Assembly: GCA_043228905.1 (NCBI GenBank) | Contig: JBHGNT010000002.1 | Span: forward strand, 13,206,001 to 13,270,000 | Direction: 5' to 3' | Source: Azolla caroliniana | Taxonomy: Eukaryota > Plantae > Polypodiophyta | DNA: 64,000 bases | Shown: positions 49,701 through 60,138 of the stretch, one piece after another | How the letters are laid out: each line of letters starts with the position of its first letter | Position numbering within the stretch: the stretch's first letter is position 1 | Notes under the pieces: generated by a model | Databases searched by the model: none | Told to the model about the DNA's origin: nothing | Seen by the model: only the letters and a program-made list of their open reading frames with translations | Program-made: the position numbers and the translations under genes

Positions 49701-50795
49701 CCTGCCTACAAAATAATGGTAGCGGACAAACCTTACATGTTCTTAATAGACATGTACGACGATGCCACTCACATGATGGTTCTTTTTCACAAACACAAGA
49801 CCTCCATAGCTCAGAAACGGATGCATAAGTCATGTTTCGTGCATTACACCTATTATCCTCCCCATTTGGTCTACAAATCTCACAAGTGCAGACACATAAT
49901 TCCCCATGTATACCCTTAGAATCAGTACGCATTGCATTCACTGCTAGTCTTAACATGTCCATCTTCACATGGTACACACAACAACATGTATTCCTCTCAT
50001 TTAATTTTCTAACATAAAATGGTTTCAAACCTTGGAACTTGCGGAATTCGACAGTCAAGCTTGGATGTTGGTCTTTAAAGTTCATGTACAATTCAGCCTA
50101 CATCAACCAATATATATAGCAAACATTAATATACACTTGGTCAAAACTCAAAGTTATGGAATGTGAATTGTTATAAAAAAATGGAATACCTCTGTCATCT
50201 CCAAGAAGTGTCTAGGGTGAATCTGGTACTTACCCTGACTTATTCGTTGTCTACACACGTCCTTCTTATTTGGTGAGACACGCGTATTTTTGGCCCAAAA
50301 TGAATCCACTTTCTCAATAATCTCTTGAGATAAGGCATCACATTGTCGTCTACGTCCCGACCCCAGCCACTTGAATTTGCTTGAGTGTATATTTCGGCGA
50401 TGTTTCCTCAAGTTCCTTCTTTGAATACCCAGGGCTAAGGCAACTTTAGTATCACTATATTTTTTTTCTCTCGCACCGTTCACAACCATGTGTAGGGCTG
50501 CCCTCTTTGCAGCAAGTTTGTCTAAGCTCTCTACACCTTTCACTAAGTCTAGGGATGACTTCATAGACTCCACAATCTCTTCTGAAACACATTGGTCCCT
50601 AAATTTTATTCTCTCCATGTCTTCATTCAAACTTTGATGGTGTAACACTCTACAGATAATATCCCTACGATCCTCTTCACTAAATCTCTTCGTTATTTCT
50701 ACCAAATAATGGACTATGTGAAGAACCACTCGTCTCTTAGTCCTTTCAGATATGCATGAGTTACTTGACAACTCACTCTCGTTAGGAACCCCCAT
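46720..50795 (-). CDS. Sola2-like DDD transposase, 3 exons, about 812 aa, no stops or frameshifts
   Basis: Exons 50795-50190, 50097-49148 and 47602-46720 join in frame (MTE|AELY; FIAR|YFSL). Motifs TCCCVYH, IDFAENY, VQSMHW, ISDDKKHD, WSDGAASQFK, YFGSGHGKGEHDGAG. The true start may be further upstream. Confidence 0.85.
48060..48950. repeat. About 146-bp AGTAC-rich tandem repeat in transposase intron 2
   Basis: TAGTACAATTCTCTTAAGGACGGACAATACT recurs near 48110, 48256, 48402, 48548, 48694 and 48817. Confidence 0.93.
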
Positions 50796-50849
50796 TCGGT
50801 CACTAGATTTATCCACAAAAATTAAGTGTCTTGCGAAAGTAGTTAATGT

Positions 50850-51435
50850 TATATAGACTCAACCAAGAAAACACAATCAAATGTTTTTAAATGTGGCCTG
50901 CAAAGTGAGAAATATTTTGTTTCAAACATTAGAATTACATATCAAATATGACAAATGTCAATTCTAAAAATTTAGTACTGAAATATGAAGAAATGAAACA
51001 TTTTAGTACTGAAAATAAAAAAAATGGATGGAAGGAACCTCTAATGGTGGAGGGAGCGTGGATATATAGACTCAACCAAGAAAACACAATCAAATGTTTT
51101 TAAATGTGGCCTGCAAAGTGAGAAATATTTTGTTTCAAACATTAGAATTACATATCAAATATGGCAAATGTCAATTCTAAAAATTTAGTACTGGAATATG
51201 AAGAAATGAAACATTTTAGTACTGAAAATAAAAAAATGGATGAAAGGAACCTCCAATGGTGGAGGGAGCGTTGGATATGCCGCCTCGATTTGGTGGAAGG
51301 AACCTCCAATGGTGGAGGGAGCGTGGATATGCAGCCTCGATTTGGTGGAAGGAACCTCCAATGGTGGAGGGAGCGTTGGATATGCCGCCTCGATTTGGTG
51401 GAAGGAACCTCCAATGCCGCCTCGATTTGGTGGAA
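50850..51435. repeat. About 214-bp direct duplication plus about 52-bp GGAAGGAACCTCCAATGGTGGAGGGAGCG repeats upstream of the transposase
   Basis: 50851-51063 is repeated at about 51064-51277. The short unit is repeated up to 51435. Confidence 0.9.
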
Positions 51436-51984
51436 AAAGCGCCAAATCACCACGACATCAACTGCAATCGGTGGAAGTACGAAAGTCGTTGTCGAAGAAG
51501 TGACTATTGGCTGCTACCTAAACCCTCAGAACAGTCTCTGTACCTCAACCGAAACCTAACAAAAACAGAAACCCTAAAAAAATCAGAAATCCTCAACTCA
51601 AACTCTCCAACCAGACATGGATGTTTGAGATTTAGATTGAAGGAAAATCAGAAACGTGACATGGATGTCTATGATGAAAAGCTCAGAGGGATAGAGGAAG
51701 AACAGTATGAGGGGAATCGCCAAAACGACGTGAGGGGAAGCGCCAAAATCGACGTGAGGGGAAAATAGCCCCCAAAATGGAAGAACATCTCCTCACGTGT
51801 TCCCCCCACTCCTTCTACAGTAAATGACACTTGTACTACAGTCACCCCACTCTCCAAAATCGATTTTCTTTTTCTCTAATTTTTTTTCTGAATTATTCAG
51901 TACTAACAGTATTGAAAGTACTGACAATTTTTGTGGCCAAAAACAGTATTTTTCTGGTACACCGTAGCGTGCTTCGACCCCTAC

Positions 51985-54655
51985 ATCGTCTAAGACAAGA
52001 AGTGGATGATGCTAATTGTCAATCACATAAGTTTTTTCATGACCTTCATGAATCACATGCACGCCATAATGTGGTAAGGTTAGAGGAAAATGGTATCATG
52101 TGTTCCGATCCTCAAGAAATTGTGAAGAAATGCATAGAATATTATACACAATTTTTGGATGTACAAGTGTGTATCGATGATAATGTTAAAAAGGATAGAG
52201 ATGTATTTTTTAATGGAGCGAAAAATCATGTATCGCATGATGTGGCACAATCATTAGATGCTAATATTTCAAAGGATGAGGTGGAACATGTCATGTCACA
52301 TCTTGCTAATGATAAGAGTCGTGGGTGGGATGGATTAACACATGAACTCTTTAAGAAATATGTGATTAAGTTAAAGGGGCCTTTTACGATTTTATTTCAG
52401 AAGGTGTGGACATCAGGGGAAATGCCTCATTCTTGGAAGATTGGTTTGATCAAGCTTTTGCCGAAGGTGCCTTCTCCATCTTCCTTTGCTCAATGGATGC
52501 CTATTTCATTGATGGGGGTACAAGATTTTTGCAAAAGTGATGGCCAATAGGTTGCATAAGGTTTTACCTTCTATTATTCATAATGCTCAATATGGGTTTT
52601 TAGCAAAAAGAGACATTTTACATAATATTTTAAATGTTCAAATGGCAATTGACTATGCAAAGGAGTCTAAACAAGAATTAGTGTTGCTACAATTGGATAT
52701 CGAGAAAGCCTATGATAATGTGGATTGGTCATTTATAAATCAATTGATGTCTCATATGGGTTTTGGTGATCGTATGTCTAAGTTGATATACACATTAGGG
52801 GAGGGTTCGGTTTCACATGTGATGTTTAATGGAGGAGTAACACAACCGATTTCTATTCGGAGGTCAGTTAGACAAGGATGCCCGGTAAGTCCTTTATTAT
52901 TCACTATTGTGACACATCCTATTCTTGTTAAGTTACACAATATGGCTATGGAGGAAGAATTTCTTGGACTAAGGTTGCCATCAAGGAACCCATGTATTGT
53001 TCAAGCTCTCGCAGATGACCATATTATGTTTTTGGCACCTAATCAGGAAAATATTAGTAAGACAAGAGATGTGTTGGAATTGTTTTCAAATGCTTCGGGG
53101 TTGAGAATTAATATACATAAATCTGTCCTCATTTCATGTACAGAACAAGATGTGTTAGGGTTGGGGTGGTCAGGAAGGATAGTACATCGTGGTATGATTT
53201 GTCGTCATCTTGGATATCCAATTGGGGTGGAAGTTTCTCATGTGAAACTTATTGAGTGGGTATCCAAAAGGTTGGAGGATAAGTTTATGTATTGGAGGTC
53301 TCAATTTTGGCCTTTTCATGTACGACTGAAGGTGGTCCAATCGATTATGGTCTCTATGGTATCTTATTATCCTCCTTTGCTCCCATGGTCAAAGAAAGCT
53401 CTTGAAATGTTGTCACGCTCGATGCGAATGTTGTTATGGAAAAGAAAAGGGAAAAGTGCCTTGTCATGGTTGGCATGGGATCATGTTTGTACTCCAAAGC
53501 GTCTTGGTGGGGCATCAATATTGAATCTATATGAGCATATGGTGGCTCGTCGATTTACTTTCATTCGATTCATGTTTGAAGGTGTACAACCTTGGACAGA
53601 AATGGTGGCATACTTTATAGAGAAGAACAGAATAAAGTTTGGAAACATAAAGGTTGAAGCGAATTGGTGGAATGTAATTAATTCTGACAGGGTTTAATCA
53701 TTTGTTGACATCTTGGCAGAGTATGTTGGATTTTGTGGAATGGTATCCCCCACAAGAAAGGGGATGTGCCAATTCATTACAAATGGAGGTTTTGGCAACA
53801 TCAAGGTTGTTGAGATGGGAAGGTAAACAAATTCTTAACCTTCAATTCAATCGGATGGCTAGATTGGGTTTGGTAACAGTTAAGGATGCTATGATTGTTT
53901 CACAAGGAAAATTAATGGCTTTTTGAACAATAAGATCAACATTTCGTATTCCAAAAGGTTATAACTTTATTTGGGATAAGTTGCAACAAATACTATCTTC
54001 GCATGAGCCAATTCCTGATTTAGATGGGCAATCTCAAGAGCTTGATTGGAGGTTTGTTGGAAATAAGAGATTGACTATGATCTCAACGAATGTTGCTTAT
54101 CACAAGTTGATTGACAAACATAAGTGGTTGGAAGAAAGGGTTATAAAGATATGGGGTTTTCATAAGCCCATTACTTGGTGGTTTCATATGATCAAGGCAG
54201 GTTGGTGTTCTTGATTGATGCTACGAGCCAAGGTATTTATTTGGAGACTTATGGTTGGACCTTTACCATTAGGGGATGCATTAAAAAGAAGAAACATTAC
54301 TAAAGGATTGTGTTTCTTTTGTTTGGTGGAATTGGAACATAGTAGGCATCGATTTATTTCATGCCTGATGGCAAGGATGGTTTGGAGGTGTATCAGTTTA
54401 GTGTGGATGTCTCTAACAAGAGTAAGTCTATCTTCCTTCAGTTGGGTTTTTGCACATATGGAGAACAATGAACTGATGCCTCATTTTCAAATTATTTTTG
54501 AGTTCTTGAGGTATTGGGGGCTATGGTTCAATTGGAATATGCGGAATGCCTTCATTTTTGATTCGCAAGTTGGGGTGAGAAAATATGTTCTAAAGTTAAA
54601 AGGACTTCTTTTGTGGCAATTGACAGTGCTAGAGAAGTCACAAAATCTCAACTAG
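51985..54655 (+). pseudogene. LINE ORF2 3' part (RT and zinc finger), frameshifted
   Basis: ORFs 51831-52550, 52537-53697 and 54215-54655. QYGFL, LDIEKAYDNVDW, RQGCP, RHLGYPIG, KRLGG. Confidence 0.92.
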
Positions 54656-54819
54656 GAAGAGAGAGAACTCTGCAAGGTCACATATCATCATACTCGCCAT
54701 TTGAATTGGTGTGTAGGGTGGCATTGAGTTTGGTGTCGTAGTATTCTTTAGATCCCTTGATAGAAGGGTTCTATACTTTGTAGTAAGTTAGTCATGGTGG
54801 TGTTTTTTCCCCCCCTTAA

Positions 54820-57800
54820 GACGACGAGTGTCACAAGTCGGCGCTTGATTGTGGACCGGGTTTGTCCAAATACTTTTGCTGGAAATCAGTAAGAAGATCA
54901 TGAGCATTGGTGACATGCTCGACGGGTTCCCAAGTACGTTCACTCAGACTACAGCCGAGCCAATCAACCAAATAATAAAGTTGTTGCGAACAAACTTGGA
55001 GTCGAGGACGACAACAACTTCATACTCCGGGCCGATGTCCAACTCAAGCAAGGGCGGCGGTGGTGTAACACGATCGGAAATAGTGTTGGCCTGATAAGGT
55101 TCGAGAAGAGAACTATGAAAGACCAAATGTATCTAAAGGTGTGGAGGAAGATCAAGTCGGAACGTAACATCATTAATCTTGCCAGTAATACAAAAAGGAC
55201 CGAGTCGTCGATAATCCAATTTGTCGCACGATCGAGTTGTCTTGATGTGATGACGTAAGAGCCATACTCGATCTTCGATGGCAAAAGAGGAGGGAAGCCG
55301 ATAACGATTTGCATAAGTCTCCTGAGTGTGTTGAGCATGACAAAGATGAGTAGATAGATTTGTCTGAATCTTGTGTAGCCTCTCTAGATGATCCTCGGCA
55401 TGAGGATTGGTAGGTAGCTCTAAAGTGTTGATCATAGACCAATGAGGATGAGAACTGGTATAAGCATAAAATGGAGAGACCCAAGTTGAGGAGTGAATAG
55501 TGTTGTTATATGAAAACTCCGCAAAGTGGAGAATATCAGCTCGATCGTCCTGTCGATAACTCAGAAAACACCGAAGATATTGTTCCAGTGTTTCATTCGT
55601 TCGTTTTGCTTCCAAAATTTGGAGATGAATTGAGGTCCTCGGTCACTGATGATACTATCTGGGAGGCCATGATGCCGAAATACCTCACGAATGACAAGGG
55701 TTGTGGTTTCCTCACTAGTGATGGCCTTAGTACAAGGCACAAAATGTGCCATCTTAGTTTATTGATCGACAATGGTTAAGATAGCATCGAAACCCTTCGA
55801 GACTGGAAGATCTATGATAAAATCAAGACAAATGGATTGCCACGGCTTACTTGGAATTGGTAAGGATTCCAACAAGCCATATGGATGATGTCGTCGCATC
55901 TTTGCTCGGCAACAAGCATCACATGTCCGAACATAGTCGTCGAAAAAATGTCGCATATGGGGCCACCAAAAGGATCGTCGAACTAGATCCAACGTCTTAG
56001 TACTACCGAAATGTCTAGCTGTATGGGTGTCATGACAATTTTGGACGATTTGAAGGCGACATGAGCAATCGGGAACATACACGAGCTTTTTAAAGAATAA
56101 TAAACCATCATGATATTCAATTTGTCGGTAGTCCATACCTGGTTGTTGAGACTGGGAACAGGATGCTTGAGAGGCATCAATTTGCGCTAGAATGGCTTGA
56201 GCAAAACTATCTGTCTTCAAGTTGGCACGTATGGCATCGATAATCCGGGAATCCAATGGAGTGTGAAAAATCCGCGTTGTGTGCAAATGTGTTGGTCCCA
56301 AGATTACCTGCTTTCGATTATCAAATGCTGGATCACCAGGACGAGGTGCAAGATATGAACGTCGTGATAGTGAATCTACTTTTCCTTGCTGCTTCCCCGA
56401 CCAATATGTGATTTTGAAGTCAAAATGCATGAGGAATTGGGCCCACCGAGCTTGCCATCGATTTAGTACACGAGCGTTCTGGAAGTAAGCAAGATTTTTG
56501 TGATCATTGAAGACGATGACCTGATGGGGAAAGCCCTCTAAGAAGTGCCACCATTGCACAAATGAATCAACTATGGCTAATAACTCCTTGTCATGTATCT
56601 TGTAGTTAATTTCCACGGCATCAAATTTGCGTGAGTGGAAAGCCACATGTTGTAGCTTTTCTTTATCTCCTTGTTGTGAAAGGATGCTACCGAGGGCAAA
56701 ATCCGATGCGTCGGCCTCCATGATGAATGGTTTGTTTGTATCCACATGAGCTAGAATAGGAGGTGATTTGAAGGCTTTCTTAACATGCATAAATGCCATG
56801 TCCGCTTCATTGGACCAAAGAAATGAATGTCCCTTCTTGGTAAGCTGTGTGAGAGGTAAAATAATCTTCGAGTAATCTTGTATAAACTTGCGGTAGAAAT
56901 TAGCAAAGCCTAAGAAATATTGCACATCTCGTAACGAACATGGAGTTTGCCACTCTAACACAGTTTGGACTTTAGCTGGATCCATGGAAATGCCTTTTGA
57001 GGAGATGACATAGCCTAGAAATTCCACTTGCTTGCAGTCAAAGCTACATTTTTATAGTTTGGCATAAAGACCATGCTCTCGGAGTCGTTTTTGTACTAAT
57101 AATACATGAGAATCATGCTCTTCCTAGGTCTTCGAATAAATCAATAGATCATCCAAATAGATGATCAAACAGATATCCAAGAGATCTTTGAATATATCAT
57201 TTGCCATGTGTTGGAAGATTGCGGGCGCATTGGTTAAACTGAACGGCGTAACGGTATACTCGAAGTGCCTATATCAGGTGCGAAAAGCGGTCTTCCATTC
57301 GTCTCCCGGTCGGATCCGTACGAGGTTATATGCTCCTCGTAAGTCGATTTTTGTAAAAACATGGCACCATTTACACATTCTAATAGACTTGATATAAGGG
57401 GAAGTGCATACCTATTCCGAATGATGACCATATTCAAGCTACGGTAATCAACGACGAGACGAAGGGATCCATCTTTCTTTTTGACAAAGAAAATGGGTGC
57501 ACCGGCCAGAGATTTCGAATGACGATTAAACCCGCTTGCCAAATTCTCTTCTATGTAGGCTCGAAGGACTTCCAACTCGGTTGGTGACAGGTTGTAAATC
57601 GGTCCCCACAGTGGCTCTGTTTCTGGTTATAAATTGATGGGACAGTCATAGGGACGGTGATGAGGAAGGGTACCGGCTTTTACCTTGTCAAATATATCGG
57701 CATAAGGATGATATTTTGCCGGAAGTTGTACAGAGGATTCCTTCTGAATAGTGCTAGAAGGATGTACTAATATTGCAAATAGGAACATTGACTCCTTGTA

Positions 57801-59306
57801 TCCTTCTTCGCGTAATTGATGGAGTGAAATGGTCGAAACTCGGTGAGTAGATTCTTGGGGTTGTCGATATCAGACTTCACTTGATCTCCAATCTATAGCT
57901 GGATTATGTAATTGAAACCAAGGTAATCCTAGGACAATGGGATGCTCTGGACTACTAATTATATTAAATGATACCACACACACAAAACTACCTAGGACAA
58001 CTTGAATGGGTTCTGACTCTCCTACGATATTCCCAAAAGCAATGGGATGACCATCAATGATTACTACAAATGTGGGGCAACGAAGTTTTCTTAAGGATAT
58101 CTGAGAAGCTTGGGCAAAATTCTGATCCATGAAATAGGAATTGGTTCCAGAATCTTAAAAGTGCTATGACATGTACTGGAGGGGTACTTTTAGTACTAAT
58201 CATGACTTGGGCTAAGAACACATTGCTAACTTGGTTAGAGGGAATGGAACCACTAATGGGCTGCACAGATCTAGGGCTTTCCAACCAAACGACTCCTATT
58301 TTGGCTGGACTTAGTCATTTAACTCTTTTTATAATTGACTAAGGATTTCAAATTTGTTTGAGATAATCAATTTGCACGTCGTCGTTGCTTTTCTTCTTCC
58401 GATAACGGGCCACATTGACACATGGTGTTGATGTCCATCGGCGTCGGAGTATTTGCCTGAGATACATCTCCTGCAACCGGTTTAGCTGCGATTGAGGCGT
58501 ATATGGGCTCTGGCTTAGTCCGTGGCATTTGAAATTGACATTCTGAACGTTGTTCGGAAAGGCGGTTGTCGCATCGGATCGCTCAACTGATTGCCTCTGT
58601 AAGAGATTTTGGTTCTTCGGGAAAGGTTAAATGTAAATCTTTGACGTCGTTTCGCAGGCCGTAGTGGAACTGCTCCATTAGTGCTTGATCATCCCAGGGG
58701 ATATCTGAGGCGAGTAGACAGAAATCTGCCGCGTAGGCAGAGGCTGGACGATTGCCTTGACGCAATCATCGGATTTTGTTGATCGCCGTCCTAATGCTAT
58801 TAGTATCTCCAAAGCAAGCTTTAAACTCGCTAATAAAGTCTTCAAAGTTATTAAGCAAGGGAGATTGTTTTTCCAAAAGCGGAGCAAACCATGCCAAGGC
58901 TGAGCCGCTGAGAAACGTGCCTATTAGGCCTACTTGGGATGCAGCAATGGGGTATTGGGAAGGATGCATTTGCATGAATAAGCGTACATGATTAAGGAAT
59001 CCTCTAAATTGTGAGCGCGTTCTATCGAATTTCATAGGAAGACCAATATTGGGCTCTTTATGAAGTCCTTGGGGACTTGATCCTTATTGTTGTAACGCTA
59101 CGATGGTTGCTTCGAGTTGTTGTATCCATAAGGCTAACTCCCCATGTTGCTATTGCAACTCCCCACGTTTGCTGTTTTTCTAAAGCAATTTGTTGAAGAT
59201 CCCCTAACAACCGTTGGTTTTCTTGTTCCAATGCAATGAATTTTTCTTTTAGACACTCTAGCTTGGAAAAAACGGATTGATATTCCTGGGCGCTAACAGT
59301 AGCCAT
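54820..59306 (-). pseudogene. Gypsy-4 gag-pol with integrase GPF motif and chromodomain, decayed
   Basis: Gag 58583-59306, protease near 57870-58130, RT (FFVKKKDGSLRLVVDYR), RNase H (EADASDFALG), integrase H-H-C-C (HDT..HFG..CDAC), RRLGPF, chromodomain [11 protein letters not shown] at 54944-55126. Confidence 0.92.
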
Positions 59307-59376
59307 AGTATTGGAAAAAGGGATAAGAGGATAAGGGAAACCGAAAAGAAGACCAGATGGGAAAATTGGTTCTAGC

Positions 59377-59773
59377 TGTCAGGAATAGTACTAAAACAGA
59401 GAGAGAATTAGTACTAGAGAAGGGAAGTACTATTAGTACTGAGAGGACGGACTGCGTAAGACTCACGAGAGAGAGGATGATGATAAGAGATGATATATTA
59501 TGTGAAGAGTAAGTACAAAATAGCTATGAGGCTTAAGACTGACGTTGAACCAATTTGGTTCGAAATAATGCCTTGTGCCTCTTTTTATAGTGTTCTCAGG
59601 AATAGTCCTGAAGCTTCTAGAATGTTCTAGAGAAATGTAGAATATACAATAATTTTCTATAGTAAAAGTTAAATGAAAATAATATTTTACGTAATGTAAT
59701 AGATAATGTAATGGTCAAGAGCTCGACCCATATAACATAAGGTTATGGGTTCGACTCTTGCCATATTATGACA
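59377..59773 (-). repeat. Gypsy-4 5' LTR
   Basis: TGTCA..TGACA ends, TATA near 59581-59590. Homologous to 19314-19670 and 35938-36050. Confidence 0.9.
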
Positions 59774-60138
59774 TTAGCACAAACAAGAGAGAGAGGTTAG
59801 CATTTCTTCACTATCACTAATCTTTCTTAGATCTTAATTACAATTAACGAGATAGAAGAGGAGGCTGAATGCGTTAAGTACTAGGAGAATTCTTAAGATT
59901 GAGAAGAACCATAACAGACACTACAAAGTTGCTTTTAATAGTTTTTATAATGTGATTGTGGTCGTTTCACACTAGGCTACCCATTAGCTTGTATTCTCTC
60001 CCATTTGCATTGTTTTATTCCCCTTTTGGTAGACTAGTTGCTTGGTGTTCCTTCTTGGTGCACTCTTCTTCACAACTGGTGTGTCATGTGCCATATGCAT
60101 AATATTCCCAACCTATTGAGTGCATATGGCACATACTT

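Larger units (their letters stand above)
38785..51980 (-). mobile_element. 13.2-kb Sola2-like cut-and-paste DNA transposon with cargo
   Basis: TIR GGGTCGAAGCATGCTACGGTGTACCA at 38785-38810 matches the reverse complement of 51955-51980 at 25/26. TSD CTAC at 38781-38784 and 51981-51984. GRG termini with a 4-bp TSD and the transposase motifs fit Sola2. Confidence 0.88.
36127..54805 (+). mobile_element. L1-clade LINE, nearly full length, decayed and split by the DNA transposon
   Basis: ORF1 with a CFHCGVLGHFMAEC knuckle near 37220. ORF2 endonuclease (TWNVRG, GDFN, SRLDR, SDH), RT (RQGCPVSPLLF, ALADD) and C-terminal zinc finger CFFC..H..ISC. The frame HARL|HRLR rejoins across the insertion. Confidence 0.92.
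35938..59773 (-). mobile_element. Gypsy-4: Tcn1/Tf1-sushi-like chromovirus whose 3' LTR is interrupted by the LINE
   Basis: 5' LTR 59377-59773. 3' LTR remnant 35938-36050 matches 59377-59475. PPT near 54808-54820. Candidate TSD CTAGC (35933-35937) / TTAGC (59774-59778). Confidence 0.75.

Noticed and set aside
51560-51580. Telomere repeat
   Set aside because: Only isolated AAACCCTAA-like motifs (telo-box at most; also near 25760-25806), not an array.
51148-51768. Overlapping ORFs with repeated WWRERW/GGRNLQ peptides
   Set aside because: They are products of the 52-bp repeats, open in several frames on both strands, with no domain signal.
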